Origin: the human T2T-CHM13v2.0 reference genome, Homo sapiens
DNA length: 64,000 bases
Strand: one strand, 5' to 3'
Assembly (NCBI RefSeq): GCF_009914755.1
Contig: NC_060933.1
Below the pieces are notes generated by a model. The model was not told the DNA's origin. It made no database searches and worked only from the letters and a program-made list of their open reading frames with translations. A program made the position numbers and the translations under genes. Numbering within the stretch: the stretch's first letter is position 1; each line of letters opens with the position of its first letter. Positions 46,301 to 58,625 of this stretch are shown here, one piece after another.

Positions 46301-47059
46301 GAGAATTGATATACCCCTGAGGTAAGACAGCAAAGGTATATTGCTGGCCTTACCAGCTGAAGGCAAATTGCTTCTGGTGGGCCTTATGGACAGGAATGGA
46401 GAAAAAGGCATTTGCCAAGTCAATGGCTGCATACCAGGTAAGAGGAGATGTGTTTATTTGCTCAAGCGATGAAGCCATATCTGGTACAGCAGCTCCAGTT
46501 GGAGTCACCACTTGGTTAAGCTTGTGATAATCCACTCTTATTCTCCAGGATCCATCTGTCTTCTGCACAGGCCAAATGGGAGAGTTGAATGGGGATGTGG
46601 TGGGAATCACCACCCATGCATTTTTCAAGTCTTTGATGGTGGCACTAATAACCATCCTTCCAGGGATGCAATATTGTTCTTGATTTACTATTTTTCTAGG
46701 TAGAGTGCAGATCTAATGGCTTCCACTTGACCTCTCCCACCATAATAGACCTCACCCTACCAGGTAGGGAGCCAATGTTGGGGTTCTGCCAGCTGCTAAG
46801 TATGTCTCTGCCAATTATGCATTCTGGCACAGGGGAAATGACCACAGGATGAATCCAGGGACCCACTGGACCCACTGTAAGTTGGACCTGAGTGAAAACT
46901 CCATTAATTACCTGTCCTCCATACTACTAGAAGCAGAGTCCTTAGCATTTTTAGGTCTAATCATATTAAGTAGCCAGCTCCAGGAACCCCCAAACCAATG
47001 GAAGAACTTAATATTCCTTAATATTCTGTTCCTCTAGAGCCAATCCTGGTATGAAAATC
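43316..47059 (-). mobile_element. HERV-L internal region, gag-deleted, with decayed pro-RT-RNaseH-IN-dUTPase
   Basis: RT motifs [29 protein letters not shown] and HYNDD; RNaseH WFIDGSA; IN HHCC (WAHEQSSH...CPICQ), GIDTYSG and SDQGTHF; dUTPase-region LEVLVPEGGILPPG downstream of IN; no env. Degenerate tRNA-Leu PBS region GATTTTCATACCAGGATTGG next to the 5' LTR. Confidence 0.95.
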
Positions 47060-47101
47060 TGTATTAGTTCAGGGGTTCTCTGGAGAAACAGAAATAATAG
47101 A

Positions 47102-47162
<61 letters not shown>

Positions 47163-47543
47163 CATTAAGTAGTATTAACTCACATGATCACAGGTCCTGG
47201 AATAGGCCATCTGCAAGCTGAGGAGCAAGGAAGCCTGTCTGAGTCCCAAAGCTGAAGAACTTGGAGTCTGATGTTTGTGGGCAGGAAGCATCCAGCACAG
47301 GAGAGGATGCAGGCTGGGAGGCTAAGCCAGTCTAGCCTTTTCATGTATTTCTGCCTGTTTTATATTCTGGCCACACTGGCAACTAATTAGATGGTGTCCA
47401 TCCAGATTAAGGGTGAGTCTGCCTTTCCCAGCCCACTGACTCAAATGCTAATCTCCCTTGACAACACCCTCACAGACACACCTAGGATCAATACTTTGGA
47501 TCATTCAATCCAATCAAGTTGACACTCAGTATTAACCATCACA
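47060..47543 (-). mobile_element. HERV-L 5' LTR (MLT2A1-like) with internal (CA)n expansion
   Basis: Same orientation as 42872-43315 and about 90% identical by manual count over the first ~175 bp; adjoins the PBS; (TG)n run at 47109-47161. Confidence 0.93.
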
Positions 47544-48070
47544 CAAAGTAAGTATACACTGGAGTATGAAAAATATCCAGATTCTTCCAGGATTCTTAGA
47601 CAGGGACTATGAGCCCACATTAATTCTTGGGAGCCCAGAATACTACTACATTCAACCAGTCAGAGTGGGAATTTACTAGGTTCAGGTGATAAATAGAGTT
47701 CTGCTTTGAGTGTGCCTCACATGAGCTGTGTCGGACCCTGATTCTATTCCCATTCTATAGTTGTTTTTCTATTCCCTGACTGTACAGAAGGAATATACAA
47801 CCTCAGAAACTAGAAAAATTCTTATCTTGGCTCTGTGAGTATTAGATAAAGGAATGATATGGTAGAAAAGGCCAAATGGAAGTCTCTGGAATTCTCCCAT
47901 TCTGCTAAAAACCATAAATTTAAAGCAATATTCTATTTTTTGGGGGAACTTATAGTGATTAGTGCTTCCATTAGAGAAGTAAACATTGTGGGGATGGGAA
48001 TTCTTATATTTATTTCTCCATGTATGTTCAATGCACAATATAAATAGATTTTTGGAGTGACATAATACTA
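47544..48070 (+). mobile_element. Continuation of the ancient ERV-L internal region: protease and start of RT
   Basis: Reads KVSIHW...GFLDRDYEPTLILGSP...VRVGIY*VQVINRVL (cf. RVTVHW...GLLDTGSELTLIPGDP...VKVGAYGGQVINGVL). ORF 47859 MVEKAKWKSLEF...ISASIREV matches MVGKAKWKPLEL...ISATIKDL. Confidence 0.8.
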
Positions 48071-48079
48071 ATCTTATAA

Positions 48080-48900
48080 GAAAGAAAACTATAGACATTC
48101 TTACTATGTATTTGATACAGATATCTTAAATAAAATTATAGCAAACTGAATACAGTTATATGTCAAAAGAATCACCCCTAATTACTAACAGTGATTTATT
48201 CTAGGAATATAAAGATAGTTCCTTTATTCCACAATAAAAACAAATTGATTAACATAGTACATCACAACTCTAGGCAAAACAACAAGAGCTACACAATGTT
48301 AGTAGGTGGTAAAAAGGTGTTTAATAATATGCTATTTCAGATTTTGAAAAACAAACTAAGAGTAGGATTTTTGCAATGTGCTGAAAATGAACTATTTAAA
48401 AATAATCATGATGATACTTAATAGTTAATAGTGAAATATTAGGCTTATTGCCACCAAGATCAGGAATGAGATATTTTTACGTAACTTTTTTTCTGAAAGT
48501 TCTGGACCACACAATAGGACATCAAACAGAAATAAGAAACATAACTATTGTGAAGGAAGAGACAAAGACATGATGATTTTCATGCATTTATATTCATAGA
48601 AAGCCTGGAAATATCAACCATAGAACTCTTAGAATGAATGAGTTTAGTGAAATCACCACATATGAGGTAAATATATAAACATTAATAGATTTTATGTAGT
48701 AAGTAGAACAAAAAAATTTTTAGGTGATGTGATAGAGAAAAACACCTAACTTATAATTGTGACAATAAAAACAGTATATTTTTAAAGCATGAAGAAATTT
48801 AAAAATTATACAGAGTAATACAAAGAATATTTTGATAACTAGAGTGACACAGCTTGTTCTATATTGTTGAATGAGAAGACTGACTAGCACAAAATTGTCT
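48080..48900 (+). mobile_element. Old L1M ORF2 fragment
   Basis: Decayed RT region (LINIVHHNSRQNNKSYTM...KKVFNNM; AAGATCAGGAATGAGA). Confidence 0.75.
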
Positions 48901-49249
48901 TATTCTCTTAGAATGCTGTGCTCAGTTCATTCTAAGTCTTTTCAAGTGGGAGATAAGAGATTGGGTCTGATCATGAACCAGTCATCATTACCTCTTTGCA
49001 ATACAAGTGCCATAATATAACCTATGGATAATATAACACCATGACTCTGCTAGCAGGATAGGAAACTGTATGCAGGACCTTGACATTCAATTGAGATACG
49101 GCTTGCAAAAGACATGGTAGGAAGACAGAAGAGACTTGGTCATCTTCCACTTGAGTGCTCCCATTCCTTGTCAGTGCATCACCACAGACAAGCAGATACC
49201 CACTACTGCCACTCAAGGAAACTGGTAAATACTTGGGAAGCCTCAGTCA

Positions 49250-49735
<486 letters not shown>

Positions 49736-50399
49736 ACACTACAGTAAAACACAACTTGTATGAGATGTCAGAGTATTCACATTTTTTCTGTCCTCAAACT
49801 CAGCTGCTACAGGACAAATTCAGTTTAGTACTATCTCAATCAAAATTATCCTTTTAGGACCTCCTAACAGAGGTAGTTCAAGAACAGCAAGGAGTTCATG
49901 GTGACTAGAACAGGGAGATGGGATAAGAATAATAGGCAGAAGGTGCTACCAGAGAGGTAGGTTGAGGCTAGACTCTGAAGAGGTTTGCATACTATGCAAG
50001 GAATTTGGATTCTATCCAGTCGACAATGAGGATGATGTGAAATAGTTTTTAAATTATAAAAATAAAACACACAGTAAAACTGAAAGAATTTTAACATTGA
50101 ACAACTGTATACTCACCATATAGATTCTATCATTAACATTTTATCATACTTTAAAAAATTACATAGCTCTAAAAGATTTTCAGCAGGGAAGCAGGATCAA
50201 TGCAAAGGATATGGAAGATGCACTGGAGGCAGAGAGATGGGTGGAAAGGAGACCAATTAGGAGGCTCTTCCAATATTACATATAACACAAAATCACATGA
50301 AAAAATGATTTCCTTTAGCTCAAAATACTCATATTACAAATCATAGTATTCAGAATGCTTTATTACGTCCTGATATTTTGGTTTTCCAGAGTAAAATTT

Positions 50400-51100
50400 T
50401 GAAGCCAGTCTGAATTTTGTTTCTTTCAAGATAACAACCCCCATGCTTCCCTTAACTACATGATTAACAAAAATTCCAGATATCTAGGTTTGGGCTTGTT
50501 TATCTTAATTTTTCTGGGTCAAATTTTTTTTTAAAAGTAATTTTTTTTTTTAGCTCTGGGAAGTTTTCTTCAGTTATGTCTTTGGTTATTTTATCTTACT
50601 CAAGATTTCTGAAATTATCTCATTCTTAAATTATATCGTACTTTTCTTTCTCTTTTTCATTATTTACTTAATTAATTAAAAATTATTGACTTCTCCTTTG
50701 AGTTCTTAGAGACTTCAGTTTTCCCTCTATATGAGTGTCTTGATTTGTCACAATACCAATTCTATTTCTAACAGGGATATTGTTTCTGTTATTGCTTTCT
50801 AATCTTACCTGGCTCCTGTTTTAATCTCAGTTAACTGTCTTGCACCTTATCCTATTATCCTTTTACCTCTCCTTTCTTTTTAGTCTTTTATTTATTATTA
50901 CACTTATTATTTTTGTTTTATAGAAGTCATGCCATCTTGAATTCCTTTGGAAATTTATTGTAATATAATAAAATTATCTTTTGGTTTATATGTTATTTTT
51001 CAAAGGTATCATGTCTTCTTGGATTACTAAGGATGATGCCATCCTTCCCTCTAGCTGCAATTTTACTTCACATGCTCTATATTGGATTTTTCTTTTATTC
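50400..51100 (-). mobile_element. Very old L1M/HAL1-like fragment
   Basis: T-rich, with AGCTCTGGGAAGTTTTCTTC ORF1-region-like text. Confidence 0.45.
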
Positions 51101-52879
51101 ATGTGCACATAAGGGAATATCTCTCCAGACTTGTATTTGAATAGGCAGAATGCATGGATTGGCTAATGACTTTATTGGCTTCTTGGGTACAGATAAAGCT
51201 ATTCTTACATCTAGAACTATGGGCACACTGTTGTGAACATATTCTGGTCCACATACCATGGATATTATTCTTTTACTGACTACCAATGATATAGGTTGAA
51301 GTGAGATCATATACTGTACAACCACCTGGTTCTCTGATTCTGTGAACCAATGGAGTACATAAAAAATGGCTATCTCCATCATATACTGTCGTATTCACCT
51401 CATAACACTTTGCCTACTAAAATGCAATGGGTCACTGATACACCCCATAAGTCAAAGAGAGTTAGATTATTAAGCTGCAGGTCAGTGACCACATGTAGTA
51501 TTATATTGCCCAGCTTATAATCATATTGAAAGATGACTTAGAGAGTATTGATGATAATGATTTTGATTATATAAAACAGATCTTTTCTACCATGTGTAAC
51601 TTTAATTTGGCCCTTGCATTTATGATTTCTGGAGTTATATTCTTTGGTATGTGCTGAATCTCCTTAGATTAACTCCCTAGGGGAGTCTAAGGTCAGGACA
51701 GATGCCCAGTGGGAGAGATTTCTCCTCCTATTCCTTCTACACATGAACATTTCCCTCCACTGTTTTGCAAGTGAGGGTTGTCTCATCTACCTTTAAGATT
51801 TATTAATCTTACCTGTGCTGAAAAATTCCCAAGTGTGTGCATTCCTGCTGATGGCCAAAGTTGTATTTCTGACTAATCTCAACATGCCTGTTTTTTGAGT
51901 AGACATCAGATGTGCCACAGGGGTGGAGCATGTGTACTAGGTATTTGGGTGGAGGTATAGAAAACTCAGGGTTTTGGGGTCAGGGGAAAGAAAGGGAGGA
52001 GACTTAAGGGAGCATATGTAACTTGGATCTTAGAGCTTATGGTGTTCATTATCCACTAGGACAAAGAAGGCTTAAGGAAGGACAGTAATGCAAGGCAAAT
52101 TTATTTAGAATGTGTAGTAAATCCAATTTTTCTCCCACACAGCTGTCTAAAGAGCTTTGTGAAAGAGGTAAAGTTGTATTAATATTATGATTAAAGATCT
52201 TTCCTAGTTCCTCATTTCCTAGAAGACAAAGTACAAATTTGGTAGCATGTCATTTATGGTTCCTCAGAGTTGGACTCTACCCATTGTTCCCCTATATGCA
52301 TGTGTTATACTTCAGCTGCTCTAGGTATTCTTGCACACCTCCATACTTTCATTCAGGATGTCCTTTCTGATTGGAATGCTCTCTCTTCCCACCTTCATCA
52401 GTCTTCATTCTGTGTCAACAAATAATGGCTCCAATGCCATTATTTCAGCAGAGTCTTTCAATATTTCTCCACTTAGAATTATTTATTTCTCTATGCTTCT
52501 ATAACATGATGATAAGAGAACTTAATTAGAGTTCTGTCAATTTGTCTCCTCCAATAAATTGAGTGTAATCAGGATGACATTTTGAATATTTGCAGTAGAT
52601 ATCAAAATAACTGATACTAATTTGTTCAGTGAACATATATTTATTCAACACCCACCATATGACACACACTGTACTTGGCCCTTGGAATGTAGGAATGAAC
52701 AACGCAGAAAAGGTTCCTGACTTCATGAAGGTCACAGTTCAGCGATGGGATGATACATGACAAATAAATAAATAATTTCAAATGGTGACCCAAAGCAGCT
52801 GCTTACAAAATGTTTGATGAATTAATTTTTTGGATGAATATTTGGTACTATCAGAGAATAAAGAAGTACAGTTTTTGCA

Positions 52880-53300
52880 GCAGTTACTTATGGCTTTAGA
52901 GCATTCAATACCCACAAAAGTCTGGGCATTATATGACAAAAAGCATTTTTTTAAGCTCACGTGCCTGTGGGTCAGCTCAGCTGATCTAGGCTGGCTTCAC
53001 TCATATGTCTGTAACTGACTGAGTATAGCTCATCTAGATTGGGCTTGGTTGGTGTAACTCATCTGTCTTTTGCAACCAACAGGTTAACTCTGGCATAACA
53101 TATAAGAGTGCAAGTCCCAGTAAACAACCCTATTGCAAGTCTTTGCTTGTGTTGTGTCTGCTGCCCTCCCACAGATCAAAGTAAGTCACATAGTCAAGCA
53201 CCCAGTTAAAGGGTAAGGAAGTATAGCCCACTTAAAGGGAGGGCACCACAAAGTTACATGGCAAAGAATTATAGATTTATAATTCTGTTATTGGGTAGGA
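52880..53300 (-). mobile_element. Old MLT1 (H/J-like) MaLR LTR fragment
   Basis: GCTCAGCTGATCTAGGCTGG...CAAAGTAAGTCACATAGTCAAGC...CAAAGTTACATGGCAAAG. Confidence 0.65.
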
Positions 53301-53579
53301 AATGAAAAATTGAAACAATAATCTAGTTTGCTTCAGGTCTCTTAATATGTATGACATAAAATGATAAGAAAGATTGGAGCCTATTAAATCCTCAAGCCAG
53401 TGCTTTGGTAACTCTCTTTACCTTTCCCTGTCTTTTCTTTATCCCCACCTTACCCAACCCTTCACCGCTACCACATACTTGCTCATTCGCTTGATCTTGG
53501 TTCATTTATGTACTCAGTGATGCTATGGTTTCCAGCATCTGCATTTCTTGCTTGAAAGACCCTTCCTCCCCACTGTGGG

Positions 53580-53582
<3 letters not shown>

Positions 53583-53627
<45 letters not shown>
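53583..53627. repeat. (TG)n microsatellite
   Basis: Direct reading. Confidence 0.95.
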
Positions 53628-53629
<2 letters not shown>

Positions 53630-53699
53630 TGAGTTGCTTCAGAATAAACAAAATTAACGCCAGACTGAAGTTTGTGTATAAATACCATATTCACTCCCT

Positions 53700-53905
53700 C
53701 AAAGGGGAAACATCTGAGGTGACTCCTCTACAATGACCCCAGAGTTCTCCAGTGGAATCAAACTTCTGGCTTGGCAAGAAACCCTTCATTGACTGTCTCA
53801 TGTCTCTGCTCCCCTATTGGAATTTCCTGGGATTGCTCCTACATAAACTACTTACATTCCCATCTTTGTCTTCGGGTCTGCTTCTGGGGGAAGCCAAATA
53901 AGAAA
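53700..53905 (+). mobile_element. Old ERVL LTR 3' fragment (LTR16/LTR41-like)
   Basis: Ends ATAAACTACTTAC...GGGTCTGCTTCTGGGGGAAGCCAAATAAGA. Confidence 0.55.
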
Positions 53906-54009
53906 ATATGTACTGAAAGTCTACTATGAGTGGAAAGTAACTTACTCTAGTAAGTTAATCCTGAGAAGTTGTATTTGTTACTATATCACGTTTTTAAAAA
54001 AATCAAATA

Positions 54010-54480
54010 GGTAATAAAGAATGTGAGCTTTGCAATCAGACAGACCTGGGATCTAGCACTTTCTCCACAACTTACTTTCCTAACCTTCCTGAACTTCAGT
54101 TTTCTCATCTGTAAAATGGAGATAATAGCCCTCTCCTAGTGTGAGGAGTAGATGCAATAACACCAGTAAAGTGCCATCTACAGTACCTGACACATAGTAG
54201 TATTTAGTAAGTTGTAGCTATCTTTATTGTTAAGGCACCTGCTCCTTTCAGATAATAGTAAAAATAACATTTATACAATGCTGTGAGTAGGCATTATCTT
54301 ATCACATGTTCATTGTAAGTGTATGAACAGGTATTATTATTTTTATCAGACACATTTTACAGAAAATGAAGCTAAAACTCAGAGAAGCCCAGAGACTTAC
54401 CCTGTATCACTTAGCCAGCACTGGTATCGGAAACAGCTTTTCTGACTTCAGGATTTGTATTCTTTCCATTATACCTTGTC
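54010..54480. mobile_element. MIR pair (opposite orientations)
   Basis: CTTCAGTTTTCTCATCTGTAAAATGGAGATAAT and CATTTTACAGAAAATGAAGCT. Confidence 0.7.
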
Positions 54481-55833
54481 TTCCTTCAGCCATTTTAGTT
54501 ATTTATTCTCCGCCTTGCCTCATCTAAGTTCCTTAAAGACAGGAATAGATTCATTCTCCCCATGGATTTCTGGGGCTCCACTCAGGGAACTTGGTTATTG
54601 AGAAAGGAATTAAATAACTGTCGGGGGAAAGACAGCTCATAGGAGAATGTAATAAATCCAGCCAAGAAAGCACCAAGGGCAAAGACACATGCAAAACTGG
54701 TACCAGAGGTCAGGCCTGTAGGCTGTTGCTTAATAAAATTAACAGCTCATATTTGTCTAGCATTTTACTGTTGTCAAAGTAGTTCCTGATGTTTAATCTT
54801 ACTTGATTCTCGCCACAGCCCTGGGATCTGAGGTGACTTCCTTTGTCAGCATTCTTATGGCAGGAAACCGAGGCTCAGATAAAACAAAGGATCGACTTAA
54901 AACAATCCAGCTAGTAAATGTTGGCGCTAAAAGATTTGGGAGAGTTTGGAACCCAGATCTGTTGCCAACTTCCAGGGTTTAGTAGGTAGAACATTTTCCT
55001 ATCCTTTAAACTACAAAATCATGAGTTTCTCCATTACAGCACTGGACCCTAAATGGTCCCTAAATGCAGCTTCCCTAATCACAATGGAGAAGTCACTTCT
55101 CTTGATCTAGTCCTAGCTTTTTCCTAGAGAAAATTTTCCTTTTTCGCCTTTGCCTATCTTTAGTTCCTAGTCAAGATCAGAACAGTCCTCACAGGGGGCA
55201 GGAAAGAGGCCACAAGGAAGGTCTTGGCATGAGCACAGATCTGCCCATTTGTTAATGAAGATCAGCTGGGCCTCCTGAGCCTCTCCTCTGCCAGAAGCAG
55301 GGAGGTGTCTCACTGAGTTAAAAGCACAGCTTCAGAAGAGACATTTCTCACCAGGACCTAGTGTGGCTGCCTGGGCAGGGTGGAATCCCTGGGTCTCCTG
55401 AGAAAAGCCTTCTATTTATCTATTGTCCATCCACCTCTCGTCTACCCACTGGGAAGCACAGTAATGAAGACAGGGAGGAGGAGGACCAAAGCTGCCATGC
55501 CATGCCTCTTCCACATGAGAAACAGCTTCCTGCTTGTAAATAGCAGAGGGTCTGGGGGAAGACCAAGCTTTGGTAACACATCAATCCAGGGAACTTTTAT
55601 ATCAGTTGCAGAATCTGGGTGTTTATTTTTCTTTGCTTGTATTGCAAATTTATTACAAGCTGAGAAAAAAGCAGACCTCTTGTTTTTTTTCAGTTGGCCT
55701 CTCACTCTCTTCCCCAAAAGGTCTGGGTTTCCCTCAAAGCTACCAAGTGCTAATTTGAAAAATATGTTGCTGACAAGCAGGAGAAAAGCAGGCATCCAAT
55801 GTGAAATGCCCTTTGGGGCATGAGGGAGCTCCC

Positions 55834-55885
55834 AGAGAGAGAGAGAGAGAGACAAAGATAGAGAGAGAGAGTGTGTGTGTGTGTG
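55834..55885. repeat. Compound (GA)n(GT)n microsatellite
   Basis: Direct reading. Confidence 0.9.
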
Positions 55886-56687
55886 AGCATGCCAGGGTTG
55901 CATGCACTCTGAGCAACGGAAGGAAAGGGGAGCAGGAAGAAAGATGGGCCGGTGGACCCTAAGACACAGGAGCCCACATGCAGTTGGATAACATTGTAAA
56001 CTGCTGGAGAAACCCTCCATTGCATTTGAAGCATACACAAATTTCATTGTTGGTGTTATTCACTGCTGCTTCTGAGGAACCCATATGTTTTCTCCTCATG
56101 AATATGTCACTAATTAGTTTCTGATTTTCCTTTGTCTATTGGGAAACTTAGGGGAAAATTTAAAAACAGTTATGGTAGGGATCCCATCACCTGCTTAACA
56201 ATATTCTGTTTTTCTCTTGACTTGTCTCTCTCATTCTAATTCAATTTCTTTTTCTTTTGTTGTGATGATTTAGAAACAAATAGTTTACTATTTTTGTATG
56301 TTATATGAATGGCTTCAAAATCTTTGTCTAATGAGGTGATATATAAGTAAATAAAAAAAATGTATGAATAAGCCTTGCTAGAGCAACCTTTGAGTGAGCA
56401 AATTAAGGGGATGAGTGAGCAAAGGCAGGAAATCCCGAAACTGACTTCAGGCTTTTTCTCATATATATCCAATTCCATAACCTCATTTCCTAGCTTCTAC
56501 CACCCTTGAGAAAGACACTACGAATGGAGACAACATTCATGAAAAAGCTAAGAGAAGTGGCCATAGTGTATGGCTGCTAACCTTGTGCTCTTCTTGTCGG
56601 CAGACTGCCAAAGACTAAGAGCACAGAATTAAATTAAATGTGAACATTTCAGAGAGCTCTTCCCCTGGATTTGTCTTTGGGCTTTCT

Positions 56688-57448
56688 TTCTTTTATTTTT
56701 TAATTATACTTTAAGTTTTGGGATACATGTGCAGAACGTGCAGGTTTGTTACATAGGTATACATCTGCCATGGTGGTTTGCCGCACCCCGTCGACCCATC
56801 ATCTACATTAGGTATTTTTCCTACTGCTATCCCTCCTCTAGCCCCCAACCCCCTGACAGGCCCCAGTGTGTGATGTTCCCCTCCCTGTGTCCATGTATTC
56901 TTATTGTTCAACTCCCAGTTATGAGTGAGAACACAAGGTGTTTGGTTTTCTGTTCCTGTGTCAACAAATAGAAAAGGCTCATCATCACTGGTCATTAGAG
57001 AAATGCAAATCAAAACCACAATGTGATACCATCTCACGCCAGGTAGAATGGTGATCATTAAAAAGTCAGGAAACGACAGGTGCTGGAGAGGGTGTGGAGA
57101 AATAGGAACACTTTTACACTGTTGGTGAGAATGCAAATTAGTTCAACCATTGTGGAAGACAGTGTGGTGATTCCTCAAGGATATAGAACCAGACATACCA
57201 TTTGACCCAACAATCCCATTACTGGGTATATACCCAAAGGATTATGAATCATTCTATGATAAAGACACATGCACAGATATGTTTATTGCAGCACTGTTCA
57301 CAATAGCAAAGACTTGGAACCAACCTAAATGCCCATCAATGATAGACTGGATAAAGAAAATGTGGCATATATATGCCATGGAATACTATGCAGCCATAAA
57401 AAAGGATGAGTTCATGTCCTTTGTAGGGACACGGATGAAGCTGGAAAC
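56688..57448 (-). mobile_element. 5'-inverted (twin-primed) L1PA7/8-like insertion
   Basis: Poly-T plus 3'UTR on the minus strand at 56688-56961, then an ORF2 C-terminal segment in the opposite orientation at 56962-57448. TSD TGTCTTTGGGCTTTCT / TGTCTCCGGACTTTCT. Confidence 0.92.
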
Positions 57449-58419
57449 TGTCTCCGGACTTTCTAACTTCTTCAAGGCAGTCTGCTTTTTTTAAGTATTG
57501 GAAACAGCATTGGATTTTAAGGCCAAAGACTAAAAAGTTTCTTGCTCCAACTTTGAGGACTTGGGCCTGACCTCTCTGACTTTCTGCAAAGAAGAGAAAA
57601 TAATAACTTAACATGATTAATTTAAATATCAAGTGAAAAGGTGAAAATGCTATGTAAATTAAGCAAATCTCATTACAAAGCATCAGGAATTCAGGATTCT
57701 TTACAATTTTTCCCCCTCACCATTTGTGATCTTATTACACAACACACGCCCTCTACCATATCCAGTGGCTCCTGTGCACCAGTCAGTTTTTGGCCATGCC
57801 TCTGCCTGGGGTGCCTGTCTCTTCCCTTTGCTTCTGTGATCAACTCCTATACAACCTTTAAAGTTCAACTAAAAAATCACCACCTCGATGAAGTCATAGC
57901 CCTGCCATTCACAAAGTAAATGTTACTTTTTCTCTGCTCTTGGTCCATACTTGGTTCATGCTATTAATGTTGCTCTAGTTGTATTGCAGTTGGTTGTTTC
58001 CTGCTTACCACCTCTCAGTGCAGCTTCTCACTGGCAGGAACTGTCATTCACCTTTAAATCTCTAGCACATTGAGGCACATCCAGCTTCCAGATGTTAAAA
58101 CAAATTGCAAACTAAACATAGGGTTTGATACCTTTGAGTAGAGAACAAACTTTTCTCAATATCTGTGTGTACCTTACATATATTTTGTGCTATGAAAATG
58201 CAAGCTGATAAAAATGAAATGCCAGGCAATAGCATTGAAATGGACTGTTTCTTTTATGACTATCAAATGGGGACGGGTAGATGCTCTCAATTTCCTCTGA
58301 AAACTAAAATATATTCCTGATTTCCAAGTCTAAGGCCACATTAATACATGACTGGAGCACTGGGGACATTTTATTTTTAGAAAGGAAACAAGGCAGATTG
58401 GACCATGGTGGGAACAGCA

Positions 58420-58625
58420 GAGCAGAGAGATTTGGAGTTCAGGCTGTGGCATCAACTGGGTAGGCAATTTAATTTCCTTGTGTTCCCACATTTGAAAAAT
58501 AGGGATAATAATAGCAACTACCACTTTGGTTTGTTTCAAGAATTAAGTGAGATAATACATGAAAAACACAAAGTATGGTGTCTGGCACATGGTAAGTGCT
58601 TAACAAATGTAATTTCTTCTCACAA
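58420..58625 (+). mobile_element. MIR fragment
   Basis: ATTAAGTGAGATAATACATG...GTCTGGCACATGGTAAGTGCTTAACAAATG. Confidence 0.7.

Noticed and set aside
43316-47059. Intact or domesticated HERV-L Pol/dUTPase gene
   Set aside because: Fragmented into many frames with stops, RT catalytic motif altered to YNDD, gag deleted.
42311-47543. Large (~5 kb) inversion between the outer LTRs as the cause of the TSD swap
   Set aside because: The 5' parts of the outer LTRs keep their own subfamily-like bases (solo ATATTGAG/ATTGTT/CCCTCA versus provirus ATACTGAG/ATTGAT/CCCTTA), so a flip limited to the spacer is more parsimonious.
51662-51692. Small hairpin CCTTAGA...CTCCCTAGGGGGAG-TCTAAGG
   Set aside because: Too short and imperfect to exceed chance in 64 kb.
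55442-56047. 201-aa ORF on the minus strand (longest non-TE ORF)
   Set aside because: Runs through a (CA)/(CT) microsatellite (HTHTHSLSLSLSL), has no recognisable domain, and overlapping ORFs on both strands look random.
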